The notes under the pieces: generated by a model
Seen by the model: the letters and a program-made list of their open reading frames with translations, nothing else
What the model was told of the DNA's origin: nothing
Database searches by the model: none
Part shown: piece after piece, positions 11,557 through 25,990 of the stretch
Numbering within the stretch: position 1 is the first letter of the stretch
Layout: each line of letters begins with the position of its first letter
Assembly: GCA_951406725.2 (NCBI GenBank)
Contig: OX597814.1
Location: forward strand, 122,636,001-122,700,000
From: Octopus vulgaris
Taxonomy: Eukaryota
Length of the DNA: 64,000 nucleotides
Direction: 5' to 3'
Made by a program: the position numbers and the translations under genes

Positions 11557-11899
11557 TAGTTTCTATGCATATCATACAGCGATCATTCTAGATGTGAGTA
11601 TTTATGTGATAGACGTACTCTGTTTTTCTAAACGTAATCTACACAATATATCAATCTATGTCATATCTACAAAATATTTTCAGTTTGATATTATCTTCAC
11701 ACAGTTTGCTATCTATCTATCTATTACAAAATTTTAAAATGGCTATGCATTTTGAGATTCAGGTGAATTTTCAAACCCCAAAATAAATTTTCATATATAC
11801 ATACATATATATTATGGGATAAAATTTTCAAACAATTTTATCAATGGCCATCATATTAAAAAATACGTTTTAAGGTGAAAATTATAAATAACTCATGAA

Positions 11900-12140
11900 T
11901 AAGCATCGGTTGTCAAGCGATGTTGGGGGCACAAACACAGACACACAAACATATACAAACACACATACACACACACACATATATATACATACGACGGGGT
12001 TCTTTCAGTTTTCGAGTACCAAATCCACTCACAAGGCTTTGGTTAGCCCGAGGCTATAGTAGAAGACACTTGCCCAAGGTGCCACACAGTGGGACTGAAC
12101 CCGGAACCATGTGGTTGGTAAGCAAGCTACTTACCAAACA
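11900..12140 (-). mobile_element. SINE family A, 5' half
   Basis: Reverse complement of the family A head and body. Confidence 0.85.
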
Positions 12141-13276
12141 GCATATACATATATATATATATATGCTTGCAGTTTTTGTCTGTTTTTATTATGCATCTAT
12201 ACACTGAGTGTCAAACAACATGATTGCTACACACTGTATAAATAAAACTTTTATGTATACACTGTCCATATATAATGGCTATCTCCACGCGAAATCAATG
12301 TGGACGCTATCTAGTTTCAATCAGGACTGTATACACGCACTGAGTATACCTAGATAATATCCCCAAAATATGCTTGTATATGTTCTATCTACACACTGCC
12401 TGTCTGCTGTATATCTGCACGACATGTTAGTTGATGATATCTTTGTGTATCTGTGTACATACATCTTCTACATGCTGTGTTTCTATAGGTTAACTTTACA
12501 AAACGTATATTTATGTTTTAGATAGTATCTGGACTACACATTTTGTCTGTCTATATAGCTTCTACACATATTGCCTATCTAGTCGGTATGTATAGTCAAT
12601 GTTTGCTTGTATCTACACGAGTCTATTTAAATGTCTACATATTATAACTGCGTAAATAGTAACTACACATTATATCTATGAATGCATTGTAACAATGTCG
12701 TAAAACTTTATACCCAACACAAAAAAGGAGACATTTTCTATAATTAATTATGGGAAATAATGTCAGTCTTATCTAGAGACTCAAGAGATTGCCTCCCTTT
12801 TGTATCTACATAACATATATTGCTTACATAGAAAAGCTTATGTATATACTTACGGACATACAGGCATGCAGGAATATACACATTTACATAGATACGAAAT
12901 AAAGAGAAACACATTCTCACATAACATAGACACAAAAAACATACACATATATACATACAAACACAAAACCACTCAAGTATTAATTGTTCTATGTTTTTTA
13001 GAGCCCATTCGGCCTGAATGTATGAATAATTATGTTTATTTTTGGTGAGGTGCGTATGTATATAAGGGTGTGTTGTGACTGAATGTTTGTATGTCCATGT
13101 GTATAGTTATGTAGGTGAAATGTTTGTGTGCATACGTACGTGTGCGCCCGAAGGCATCTTACTAGTGATTTTAATTATATATATATATATATAAAGGGAA
13201 TCTATTTAGCGAGGTTTTCTGCGTGTGTCCGTGTGAGTGTGTGTGCTGTTTTCACCAGTATATGCGTTTATTATTA

Positions 13277-14328
13277 TTATTTTTTTGTTTCTAATTGATA
13301 CTCCCCTGTCATATTAAGTAGTTTTATTTGCCTTGGGGAATACAAGGCTGTTTGCTTGATGCACTGAAAGATTGCTAAATATGTGTTTGACAAAACAATT
13401 AAAACATTTGCTATGGTGCCAAATAGACTTGCTCTCCTCCAAAATAATGAGCCGACTGTAGAGGCTATCATTCCAACACACGGTACTGACTTAACAAAGG
13501 AAATTACTTCTCGAAGCTTTAGTTAAGAAGTTTGAAGGATCGTTATTTTTGGAAATAAGTTATCACTTCTACTCACACAAGACAGTCTGAATTGAGGCTA
13601 TGAGGAACTTTTTTACTAGCCCTCGGTATGCTAGTAATAGCAGTGATAGATTTCCTCCCGAATCACACTTGACTGTCTTTAAAAATGAAGAACAAATTGG
13701 ATAGCATAATCATAGATAAATTATGCCTGCGAAAAACACAAAGATATGAACTTCATCATTGTTAGGTCTGCTTGAGCAAGGCTGACATGGGGATAAATCA
13801 CAACAGCAAGAGGACGTACAGGTATTGTGGACAGAAATACACTATTGGGACATTGGATAGGGTGAGATAGACATGGGCAGAATGCCTTTGACCATAGACA
13901 ACCTTGCTTTACTAATGCTTATTTTTGGTCTAAACAAGAAGGAAAGCTACGTTACATATTGTAATCATCAATACATTATTTAGAATCCTTTTGACCATAG
14001 GCAAGTCTGCTTGGGAAAAATTCCTGGTTTTAAACAGCAACAAGGAAAATCACATTACATTATTTATTAATAGTTACACTATCTCTGAAATAATAAAAAA
14101 AAAGGCAGAATAGTCACGAATGGACTCATTGATCATAGTTAATTTATTCAAAAGTACCCTTGGTAACAGCAAAATTGTCAACAAGAACAAGGGAAACACA
14201 TCAAACAAATGTCTGTAATTTAGATACATGATCGACATTTTTAGAGCGTCCAGGGTGGTAGGAGATGCCATCAACGTCAATATTTGAATGGCATTTATAA
14301 TATGGAAGCTGAAAGTATTAAAAGGCAA
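13277..14328 (-). pseudogene. Possible decayed iGluR/IR-like M1 (about 14.1-14.3 kb) and M2-M3 (about 13.3-13.5 kb) segments
   Basis: MASPTTLDAL…HLFDVFPLFLLTILLL and STVGSLFWRRASLFGTIANVLIVLSNTYLAIF: hydrophobic stretches in the expected order; weak match. Confidence 0.25.
13625..14045 (+). repeat. Old dispersed repeat family F, several decayed units
   Basis: Motifs ctagaaatagcagc…accgtctt…cattggata…gaatgcctttgatcatagg…aaacaac recur at about 48690, 49250, 51830, 52390, 53010 and 61200. Confidence 0.6.
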
Positions 14329-14499
14329 TGTTGAACTTGTCGGGATTTGAACTCAGAACATAAAGAGCCGTAGGAAAACATTAAATAATGTAGCTATAGA
14401 TACACTGATTTTTAGAAATATTAAATACACTGGTTTTTAGGAACATCAAAGAAATATTAAGCAGACGAGCTGAATACGGGGAGAAATTTTCTCCCGTCA

Positions 14500-15200
14500 T
14501 AACGCGGCGAGCTGGCAGAATCGTTAGCACGCTAGAAAAATACTCTTATGTCTCTTTACTTTCTGAGTTCAAATTTCCCAAAGATCTACTTTACATTTCT
14601 TCCTTTCAGGGTCAATAAAATAAGTACCAATTGAGCACTGGGGTAAATATAATCCACCAGCCTCTCCATGAAAATTGCTCGCCAAAATCTGAAGCCAATA
14701 TTTCTCACCACTAACGAAGTGATCTGGCAGAATCGTTAGTTCTCCTTATTTGTCCTTGTTTGTCCCTTCTATGTTTAGCCCCTTGTGGGCAATAAAGAAA
14801 TAAGTATCGTTAGTTCTCCTTGTTTGTCCTTGTTTGTCCCCTCTATGTTTAGCCCCTTGTGGGCAATAAAGAAATAAGAATCGTTAGTTCTTGTTTGTCC
14901 TTGTTTGTCCCCTCTATGTTTAGCCCCTTGTGGGAAATAAAGAAATAAGAATCGTTAGTTCTTGTTTGTCCTTGTTTGTCCCCTCTATGTTTAGCCCCTT
15001 GTGGGCAATAAAGAAATAAGAATAGTTAGTTCTCCGGACAAAATGCTCAGCGGCATTTCGTCCGTCTGAGTCCAAATTCCGGAGAATTCGACTTAGCCTT
15101 TTATCCCTTTCGGCGTCGATAAAATAAATACCAGTTGAACACTGGGTTCAATGTAACTGACGAAATTTGCTAGTTATGTGCCAAAATTTTAAAGCAATAT
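14500..15200 (+). mobile_element. Two family B-related SINEs; the second holds four tandem copies of a roughly 72-75-bp tail module (14730-15035)
   Basis: Heads gcggcgagctggcagaatcgttag (about 14503) and gatctggcagaatcgttag (about 14720); unit ttgtttgtccccctctatgtttagccccttgtgggcaataaagaaataag repeated four times. Confidence 0.85.
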
Positions 15201-15782
15201 TTCTCAACATTGATTTGTTCCATCATGGCAGGACTAGGGAACTACCACGACAGCAACAATAACTTCTCGAACTTTCTACGTGGCAGACGACTAAGTGTTT
15301 GTCATAATTACAGAAACTGTTTAGTGTATGACGACGTTTTACGAAGTGTGACTCTATGTATCTGATTTCTGAACCGAGGAGAGAATATACAATGAAGACC
15401 ATCTATAGATCTATGAACTCCGACTGATATAATGTAAATTTGCAGATAATTAACGTTAGCTTTGTTTCACTTAATCACTCACTTCTGACACATACTTTGT
15501 CATATTTAATCTGTGTTTATATTTATTTAATATATTTATTAATGTTTTCTATATTGTCTGCTAGCTTATATATGCACAAACCATAAGTTCAAACAAGGCA
15601 GCACGCACAAAAGCCTATAAGCACATAGTAGACTCGTATATATTTAAAAAGATACACCTTCAAGAATACACATATGTGTTTGCATCATGTGTGTGTGAGT
15701 CTGACTGTCTGTGTATGTATAAATATAAATATAAATATAAATATATATATATGTATATATAAGTTTCAAAAGTTATACATAC

Positions 15783-15817
<35 letters not shown>

Positions 15818-16503
15818 CATATGTATAACGTAGAGTGGTGGCATATTTATTTAATTTTTAATAATTGAAAATTCTAAAATATTGAACAATATTGTTGATA
15901 ATTTAATAAAAAAAATATTAATGTCGGGTAACAATTTAAAAGTTACATACAGACTATGTCTCTGTTAGCCTTGTATTATTGCAAAACTTAAATGAATGTT
16001 ATTGATTATGAAATTAGCAGCAAAGAATCAGTGTTATAAAAGCAAAATTTTTATTGCTTTTTTTGTTATTGAAAAGTGGCGGGTACATTTGGGGAGTTTT
16101 GGGTGGTGGTGATACATTCAGCTACTTTGGTCCGAGTAGCAGAAACCATTTTGCCATTATTTATGAACATTGTTAAATTTTTTTATTATTTTTATTTTAT
16201 TTTATTTTATTTTATTTTATTTATATATATATATATGTTTTTTTTTTTTCGACTGGAACTGAAAGATTGTCTCGGGTCTTCAGTTTCAGGCCATTGAGCT
16301 CCTCGTTCAGTAAATGAGACCGATACTATAACAACCAAACTCAATAAAGTAAGTATGGGGGACTGTTTGTTCGACAAAATCCTTGACGGCGATACTCCAG
16401 CATGACCGCAATCCCAAAACTAGTAAAATATGTAAACGATAAAAATTATATATAGACACATGCATAAACATACACTCACACACAAACACACATACACACA
16501 TAA

Positions 16504-16535
<32 letters not shown>

Positions 16536-16590
16536 ATGTATATATGTATATGTCTACACACAGACACACACACACACATACACACACACA

Positions 16591-16649
<59 letters not shown>

Positions 16650-16696
16650 GCTCAATATAAAATAGCGTACATTTAAACACAAGAGGAACTACCTAT

Positions 16697-16918
16697 AACA
16701 GGTAATTTTACACGCTAGAAGAAGCAGTCAAAAATGACCAAAACCACATTTAAGAGGAATTTCAAAGAGAATGAAAACTAAGAACTTTTACCTTATAAAA
16801 AAAAAATTTGATAACAAGGTAAAAGTATTTTTTTATCTTTCATTCACTTCGAAATTTCTCTTAAATGTGGTTTTGGTCGTTTTGACTGCTCATTTTAGCG
16901 TGTAAAGATTACCTGTTA
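16697..16918. repeat. Imperfect fold-back element of about 220 bp (MITE-like)
   Basis: aacaggtaattttacacgcta…accacatttaagag is mirrored by ctcttaaatgtggt…tagcgtgtaaagattacctgtt. Confidence 0.8.
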
Positions 16919-16942
16919 AATAATCACCATAGATTATTGTGT

Positions 16943-17007
<65 letters not shown>

Positions 17008-17967
17008 GATGTATATATATGTATGGATGTATATATATATTGACACAATAATCTATGGTGATTGCAGTTGTTCAAAACAATCAAAATATTTGTAATGAAT
17101 AGACGATTGAACTGGAACGTATACGGACTGGTACTGATTTCATTGATTCCTGAGGTAAAATTATCTAGGAGGTATTTGAACTCGAAATATTATTACTGGA
17201 AATGTATTGTGGATTCTACATTCTAATTTAACAATACATTGCTTCCTAACATAGACACGAGATCATACAATTTGGGGAAAGAATATTTGATTAAGTCGCT
17301 CTAGGTACATAGGTGGTTCTTATATTATCACGCTCAGAAAGGTAAGAAGCAAAACATTAAGGATACTGAAAAATAATTTCGTATTTTCAAGCAAATAGTC
17401 TGACGTTCAACCACAAAATATCCCTGAGGCTTAATAAACTTTATTCCACTATGCATGATCATTTGAAGCAGATTGGGAAAGTGCATTGAGAAGGGAAAGA
17501 TTACTCATGAGCTATCTCACAAGGGTAATCAAGATAAATTTACTAGGCTGGGAAATCTCTACCTCATCACCCCTCCTCATCAGACCGCGTACCATCATAT
17601 AGTACTAGGTGTCAACACTATACCAATGGAAAGATATTCAGAGGCAAGGACGAAGTCGAAAAGTCAGTCTAAACATTTTTTTTCTTTTCTAAAGAAAATG
17701 ATTCTTTTGACCCGAAGAATGAGAGACTGGTTATTATATTTTGAATGATTTCCAGACCCCTAATAGATCTAGCAGTAAACTTAGAACTTAGAAGGTAAAT
17801 GGGTCTAACTTATAGGGCGTGCTATACGGTCTTACTCTTTACTGCTTCTGCTAAGCTACCAGAACCCAGACTAATATTTATCTAATAGTGCTACAAGACT
17901 TAATCGGTGGGGAGGTGATGTAGACTATGTCGCCTTGGACCTGTATTTTATCAAGTAGATATGACTT

Positions 17968-18229
17968 TGTGGAGGTGCGTGGCTTAGTGGTTAGGGTATC
18001 AGCTTCATGATCGTAAGATTGTGGTTTCGATTCCTGGACCGGGCGACGCGTTGTGTTCTTGAGCAAAATACTTCATTTCATGTTGCTCCACTCCACTCAG
18101 CAGGCAAAAATGAATAACGCTGCGATGGACTGGCGTCCCGTCCAGCTGGGGAACACATACGCCATTGTAACTGGGAAACCGGGCCCATGAGCCTGGTTAG
18201 GCTTTAAAAGGGCGCATTTGTTTTATTTT
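17968..18229 (+). mobile_element. SINE family C (tRNA head; gcgatggactggcgtcccgtccag, Meta/V-domain-like)
   Basis: A box tggcttagtgg, B box gtttcgattcc; TSD atatgactt at 17959-17967 and 18230-18238. Confidence 0.9.
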
Positions 18230-18383
18230 ATATGACTTCGAAGATATTTTGGCCCGTATAGTATTTAATGTTACAGACAACGTTTATAAGTTGTGAATAT
18301 AATTTTCCACACAGTGGGTCATTATATTCTAGTCTGAACGATTAGATGGGTTTAAAATGGATATTACTAACATCATTAATTGT

Positions 18384-18620
18384 TTATAAATATAAAAACG
18401 ATATATTAACATCATTGCTTAACACCACTGACACAAAATATCCGTAAGTCATTCCAATAGACAAGGTCGCTCCATGTATTATATTTTGAAGTGAATGCTT
18501 AGTGGTTCTCCACCTTTGAATGTCGAAATTCAAAGTATCTGTGATTCTAATAGACAAGGTCGATCTTACAGTTTTGTTGTGAAGTGAACATTTAGTGGAA
18601 CATTTAAATTCTATATTCAA
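18384..18620 (-). pseudogene. Decayed iGluR/IR-like S2-M4 junction, with internal diverged duplication of about 93 bp
   Basis: QRWRTTKHSLQNIIHGATLSIGMTYGYFVSVVL resembles the iGluR KWW..C…LSLxxxxGxFxxL pattern. Confidence 0.45.
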
Positions 18621-19141
18621 CTGATAAAATAGTTCTTTGCCGAATCGAATCGTTAAAAATTTCCAATTACTGCCGAGAACATTCGTAGCGTCAGTTATAA
18701 CTTTCAGCTTGTATCATTCAAACGTAGGTAGTTTTTTCACGCACGAAATTTCCCTCCAGGGATTTGTCAGTTTATTAAAAGATTCCAACCAAATTCATAG
18801 AATTCTTTGAAGTTTCCTTAATGTGTCTCCAAAGATATGTAAGGAGTGTTCCACTCAGCAATATTGACTTTACTTCAGCGTCTCGGGAAATATCAAGTGT
18901 TCAACAAACATATACACATCTTACAGTACTTAGTAAGTCTCAGTAGTAATGTTATTGATGTGCATTTATTAAATAATAGAGAGAAAATTAAATCAGAGTT
19001 AATTTCTTCATTGCCTCTCGTTGTTCCCCATGATAGTGAAGGCGGTGATCCAGAATAGTCTCGGTTATATTGACTAAAACAAACCGAAGATCAAAATAGC
19101 TAGTAGGACAAAAGGACAATGATATGTGTGTGTGTGTGAAC

Positions 19142-19175
<34 letters not shown>

Positions 19176-19341
19176 GAGTATGTGTGTGTGTACGCGTGCG
19201 TATGTATGTGAGTGTCTTGTGTGTGTGTATATATATATGTATGTATGTATATATATATATATATTTAGATTTAGATTTAGATTAAGGGCATTACTATACA
19301 TAAATGCCTCACGCTAGGAAGTACTCTTAAAGTCAACACTA

Positions 19342-19432
<91 letters not shown>

Positions 19433-19437
<5 letters not shown>

Positions 19438-19750
19438 CTCAGTGGTTGGAGCGTCGTGCTCACAATCATGAAGTAGTGGGCTCGATTCCCGGACCGGGCT
19501 GTATGTTGTTTTCTTGAGCAAGACACTTTATTTCACGTTGCTCCAGTTCACTCAGCTGTAGAAATGAGTTGCGACGTCACTGATACCAAGCTGTATCGGC
19601 ATTTGCCTTTCCTTAGGATAGCATCCCTGGCGTGGAGAGGGGTGGTTGATATGCATGGGTGACTGCTGGTCTTCCGTAAAACAAATTTGGCCGGACTTGT
19701 GCCTCGGAGGGAACTTTTGGTGCAATTCTATGGTCATTCATGTGCGAAGG
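19433..19750 (+). mobile_element. SINE family D (tRNA head + CORE-like body shared with family C, different 3' part)
   Basis: gtggctcagtgg A box, ggctcgattccc B box, ttcttgagcaagacactttatttcacgttgctccagttcactcagc. Confidence 0.8.
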
Positions 19751-19766
19751 GTAAGTAAAAAATATA

Positions 19767-21005
19767 CGAGCTAAGTCAAAAATTATCCGCACTTTCGCCA
19801 TAACATATCTCTATTATAGTTACATTGGCTTCTGCGCATGCGTGCTTATAGTTGCTACTATTGTGGGCACATGACCGAATTTTGATCATGATCGCGACCT
19901 TTTTTTTTCTCACTTTACAATGTAAGCATGGCCGCCCCACTAGCAATGTGCACCAAAGATGAACAAAGAGCAGTGATCCGATTTCTCTAATTGGAAGGTA
20001 TGTCAGGTGCTGAAATTCATCGGAGGCTTTTAGGACAATACGGAGACAGTGCACTACCACTTAAAAGTGTGTATGAGTTGTTCGAGAAGTTTAAAAGTGA
20101 CGGGACAAGCGTGATGCAACCTCTGCCACTGACGAGAACATTGAGCAAGTTCGAGAGACGGTAATGATGAACCGACGAGTTATCATCGATGAGGTAGCTC
20201 GTTCTCTGCAGATTAATTATGGTTCTGCCTATCGAATAATCCACGATGAGCTCGGCTTCCATAAAGTCTGTGAAAGATGTGGTGCCAAAAAAGCTTACGG
20301 CAGCACAAACGCGAACGTCTTGAGGTCTGCCAACTATGAGGGCGAGAAATGTTTGAGCAGAATAGTCACAGGAGATGAAACGTGGGTATATCATTATGAG
20401 GTAAAATCCAAGAGACAGAGTATGGAGTGGAAACATCCTGGCTCGCCTGCGACGAAGAAATTCAAGACTCAATTTTCCGCGGGAAGGTGACGCTAACCAT
20501 TTTTAGGGACTCAAAATGGCCTATACTGGAAGACTAGTTCGAAAGGGGTGTACGATCAACAGTGCACGATAGGGATTTACTGGCCAACAAACTGAAGCCA
20601 GCAATTTGCACCAAATTAGAAGCTTGTTGTTGAAGTAAGTTTTGTTGTTTCATGACAATGCACGCCCACACACGGCCACCCAGACCGTTGAAAACATTAA
20701 CCAATTGGATTTTGAATACCCTGCCTGCAGTCCAGGTCTCGCCCCTTCCGACTATCATATCTTTGAACCGCTCAAAGATGTTTTACGAGGTTGTCGATTT
20801 CTTAGAGATGAAGACGTGAAGGAAGTGGTGAATAAATGGTTGCACGACAAACCGAAACCTTCTTCTTGATGAAAATACGCGAGCTTGTGAAATGCTGGAT
20901 CAAGTACATCGAAGAGGAAGGAGACAAAACATACTTGATTACCCCCTGCTTTTGTGTAGATACATTGACAAAGCAAGGGTGCATGTAATTTTTGACTCTC
21001 CCTCG
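19767..21005 (+). mobile_element. Full-length mariner (irritans-like), transposase pseudogenised
   Basis: TA|cgag…agtcaaaaatta and taatttttgactctccctcg|TA termini; EQRAVIRF, RIVTGDETW, HDNARPH, SPGLAPSDYHIF with stops and frameshifts. Confidence 0.92.
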
Positions 21006-21029
21006 TATATATATATATATATATATATA

Positions 21030-21255
21030 TACAATACGATACTAAAAAGTTCCTGGCTTGAAAGATATCGCGAAAGGTCTACTCGCAGGCCCAACCTTCC
21101 GAGTTCTTTCACAGGGTTTAGAAAACTGGATGACCGACCGCACCAATAAATGTGTGAATATGAGAGAAGAATATCTTGAACAAAATCATAATTAACTGAG
21201 CCTCTGGTATTTTCTTTTACCCAAAGACAGGAACTACCCACCACACACTCATATA
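21030..21255 (+). mobile_element. Internally deleted mariner derivative (MITE)
   Basis: Ends aaaagttcctggctt / aaagacaggaact; remnant of a transposase C-terminus (NKCVNMREEYLE). Confidence 0.65.
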
Positions 21256-22090
21256 CATAAAATATATGCATACGTATGTATATTTATTTACACCTAATAC
21301 ATATAATTTCTATTATCAGTTTGAGCGCGAAGAAGCCGTGGCCATGCGGCGGCAGCACCATTAGCACAGACCCCACCCTGTCTCTTTCCGAACATTGAAA
21401 GTAAAGCATACTTTGTTAATTCATGAAACTGGTATCAAATTCAATATGTCACGAGTACATTATAGCAGTATTAAATATTGAACAATAATAGTAAGCAATA
21501 GGAGGCAACACATGAAAATATTGAATTAACCCCAGACGTGAAACAGGAATATTTTAGATTGATTATGATTTTTAAATGTTCTTTACGTACGTAAAAGCAT
21601 CGAATATCAAAATTCGTAAAATTCAATATAACAAATCTCAGTTATACATTTTATATAAAGCACCAAATATCAATTTTAATTATCTTCATAAGAGACAAAA
21701 ACCATAAGTATTTAACATTCTGGAAATATAATTTTCAGTATTAGAAACGAATACTTACATAAATACATACATAAATAAATACATTTATGCATTCATATTT
21801 CATACACACACATACGTACATACATGTATGCATACATACACACATCCACGCAATCATATATGCATACAAACATACATATGCACACATAGGAATATTTTGT
21901 AGTTGTATAGTTGTATGCCATAGATCCATTCATACATAGATAAATATCTATATGTGTGTTTGTGAGTGTGTGTGTATGTATATATGTATTTGTGCGTATA
22001 TATATATATCTCAAAACTGCGTGAAAATAAATGATAAATGTTTTGGGTATGTGTACAGTATATCTATTAGATACATATGTTTGCGTGTAC

Positions 22091-22129
<39 letters not shown>

Positions 22130-23490
22130 AAATAAGAAAATGGAGAAATACATCTACATCATTTATCAACTACCAGATAATACCCAATCACGTACTTTAT
22201 TAAACCACTACATAAGAACATTAAGGTGAAACATAATAATATAGAACAAATCAGTGTATATGAAGGAGTAATATGATACAATAAGTACAATATGTATAAG
22301 AAGATATAAATAAATATAAATAAATATAAATATAAACTATATCTTACAGCTCTTTCGGCCATGCAGATAAGGATGTCTCATTTTACTTATATTACCCATG
22401 TGTGATAGGTCAATATGTAGTTATAAATGAGACATTTACAAAAATATCCCAAGGTCTCTTCGGAGATTATGAAATACAAACCAAATTAAATATACACCCA
22501 TATAAGTGTGGGTACATACCCATAATATATCATGTACACATACATATGAGTGCATATACTCATACTCCTATACATATATATACATACATATACATAATAT
22601 TATAAATAATATAAATCAATAAACATACATATGTTCTATATTCAATGTTACAGTTTTTCAACTTAATTTTATGATATTACAATGTAGAAAACATACACAT
22701 ATTAATACCCAAATGCAGATATACAGAGTCAAGAGTGCATTATATTAATTTATATTAATTTCCAAAATGTCATTAATGTTAACATCATTACTATTATCAT
22801 TACCACTAATGCTACCAATATCATTATTCTTATTATTAATAACACTAATACTAGCAAAACAATATATAGATCACATTATTAGCAATATAATAGCAAAACT
22901 AAGGACAACAATAGTACTACAGTACCATGCAAAGCATTAAATATCTGCATATACATACAAAATGAGAAATAAAAGCATTTGGTTTACATGATATTAAGCT
23001 CCACAGGTGTACAAATGTACATACGATTGCAATTTATAATGTCAACTGTTACACAAATACAGTATTACGTTCAGAAATAGTTAAGAATCGAACGCTAAAA
23101 TATGATTGGCTTGTACATTTAAATTTAAATTACAATTGTCTTCTTTGCGGTTGGTTTGTTAAGAAACATCCACACACGCACACTTGCAAACGTGCGCCTA
23201 TACGCACATACACAGACAAATCACAACACAATTGATACCCCCCCACACACACACACATGCTTACATACAAATCTACTCACATATATCCATAAAAATGCGT
23301 ACATGTAAGCACACAGACATCTATACCCAGTCGATGTACGTTATTATCATAAGATACATAATTAAAAAAAACCGTATATTTCGTAAACAAATTATCGTGC
23401 CACTGAAACTTCTATATCGTTACAATTTCTACTGTATTTCAATTCAAACTTTCACTAATAAACCAGCACAGGCATGGGAAAACTATACCA

Positions 23491-23535
<45 letters not shown>

Positions 23536-24142
23536 CACATCCGCACATATCGATAAACATTTATACACTTGCATGCACTGCATCTGCAAACATTCGCATA
23601 TACATATATACATATTTAAATATGCATTTGCGTACTCATACGTATAAGAAAAACATATACGCATATATCCACCCATGAATATACATATACATATAAAAAC
23701 ATACATACACATACATATACATATGAGCACATTTCGACATATCCACATATATTTACTAAATTACAAAACATATGTCTGCCCATCAAAGAACGTATAAATA
23801 CATACACAATAAGTTAACAGAAATTACTATTAATTAAGATATAAGTAAATAATTATAAATTAAATTAATTATAAATTAATAAGTGCCATTACTTAAAAAA
23901 TAAAATAGAATAGATTTAGATGTATTTTTCCATTTTCTTATTTTGTATTATTAATTTGTGGTAAAACATTTTACCTTTGCCCATATAATACAGTAAATGA
24001 ATTAATTGCATCGCAATTCTTAACATTTATGTATTAACTTTGTTGGGTACTTCACTAGCAGTATATTGGATATATGTTATCCCATGGAGGGTTGCATTTA
24101 CAACCCCTATCTCAATTTGTATATATATATATATATATTTAT

Positions 24143-24345
24143 AGTTAATCCAAACATGAACAAAGAGAAAACACAAGTATAGTGTTATTAGACGCTCAGG
24201 AAAGGAAAGAAAGAAGGGGAGTTTATCGTCTCGAGCGGAGCTCTTCGTCACAAACAGAAAAAGTAAAGGTCCAAGGAAGGGAAGACAGAGAAAGAAAATC
24301 GCCAACGATACACACGCGGTCATATGTTGAAAAAATACATATATG
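24143..24345 (-). mobile_element. Penelope-like pLTR relic with decayed hammerhead core, inside (TA)n
   Basis: Homologous to 58330-58540; minus strand GTTT-GTGACGA-AGAGC-TCC-GCTC-GAGAC. Confidence 0.65.
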
Positions 24346-24349
24346 TATG

Positions 24350-24514
<165 letters not shown>

Positions 24515-24869
24515 ATAAGAAGAAGAACTCAGATGGTTAAAGTTTCACTACAACTGTTTCAGATACATTTCTATTGATGAATTATTTGATTACCTCATAA
24601 AAAAACGTTTGCTTCCGGTGAATTTAAAACCTAAGATTGGGTTTTGAGGAATAATGTACAAAGATGTAAAATGTGGATTGACACTCTTGTTTCGGTATCT
24701 AGAAAGAGAGTCAAGTATTCAGGCACTTAAGTATAAACCCACTGCATATCATAAGCAGAAACAGCTGTAAGCTAATGAAGTCCATAAGATAATTCTTTAT
24801 TTCTTCGTCATGTCATTTTCTTATTACTGTTCTGTACTCAACTAACGCTTTGTACTGAAGTATATGCAT

Positions 24870-25118
24870 TCTTTTCTTTTATTCTTTTATTCGTTTCAGT
24901 CATTTGACTGCGACCACGCTGGAGCACCGCCTTTAGTCGAACAAAGCGACCCCAGGAGTTATTCTTTGTAAGACTAGTACTTATTCTACTCGTATATTTT
25001 GCTGAACCGCTAGGTTACGGGGACGTAAACACACCAACATCGGTTGTCAAGCGATGGTGAGGGGGACAAACACAGACACACAAAGACACACGCACAAACA
25101 CACACACACACACACACA

Positions 25119-25161
<43 letters not shown>

Positions 25162-25322
25162 CGACAGGCTGTTTCGGTTTCCGTCTACCAAATCTACTCA
25201 CAAGGATTTGGTCGGCCCGAGGCTATAGTAGAAGACACTTGTCCAAAGTGCGACGCTGTGGGACTGAACCTAGAACCATGTGGTTGGTAAGCTAGCTACT
25301 TACCGCACAGTCACTCCTGCGT
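24870..25322 (-). mobile_element. SINE family A, full length
   Basis: Reverse complement of the 8890-9290 copy. Confidence 0.9.
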
Positions 25323-25639
25323 CTACACCAGTTTATCAGTTTTGCAAGGCCTAAACCAAATATACTTCGGGGGCGGGGTGCGTGTGTGCTGCGCGCTCCC
25401 GTATATACATATATATTCGTGTGTGTGTGTGTGTTTGTATGTATACATGTATGTATATCTGTTTAAATTTTATTTTAAAATATATGAATGCAGACATGAT
25501 GACTTGTTAAGAAGTTTCTTTGCAATCATGAATACATAGATTCGATCTCAGAACGCTACATCATCTTGCCTTCGCTGAACTTTTAAATAATTAAAGCATA
25601 TTAATCCCACGTTATGCCAAAGCGTCGGTTTGATCTTAG

Positions 25640-25990
25640 ACTTAGGTGTAAGACTGGATAGACTGAAACAGTGAAATAACTGAAGCAAAAACACAGACAA
25701 GAAGATAATTCTATATAGTGTTTAATGCTAGGCCTGGGACTGAAGAAACAATATGGCTGACTGTAAGAAAGACAAGCGAAACTGTGTATGGGGGGGAATG
25801 GCACGAAACCAACCTGTTATGATGACGAAAGATCACGTGGCAGCAGAGCGTTTGTGGACCAGATTTTAACAGCCTGGTGGTCAATTTGTGGGTGCGGTAT
25901 TTGTAACAGAAGGACTGTCCTCGATTTTGAATCATTATTCTGTTATGGATCCCAATGGAATTCAGCAAAGAGTTAACAACTTAGCACCAT
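25640..25990 (-). pseudogene. Decayed iGluR/IR-like S1 to M1 segment
   Basis: TRLLKSGPQTLCCHVIFRHHNRLVSCHSPPYTVSLVFLTV resembles L..g.aD….lt.t.eR…dFS.Py….l.ilv, followed by hydrophobic *NYLLVCVFASVISLF. Confidence 0.45.

Noticed and set aside
14730-15035. Regular repeat array resembling a CRISPR
   Set aside because: Units are contiguous with no unique spacers, match a SINE tail, have no cas genes nearby, and lie in eukaryotic DNA
17968-18050. tRNA-like sequences (also 8890, 19433, 52696, 55661)
   Set aside because: A/B boxes run straight into repeat bodies, some with TSDs, and the cloverleaf is incomplete; these are SINE heads rather than tRNA genes
25738-25835. CTGAAGA…GAAAC and TGATGACGAAA as hammerhead cores
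   Set aside because: No pairing stem II or stem I
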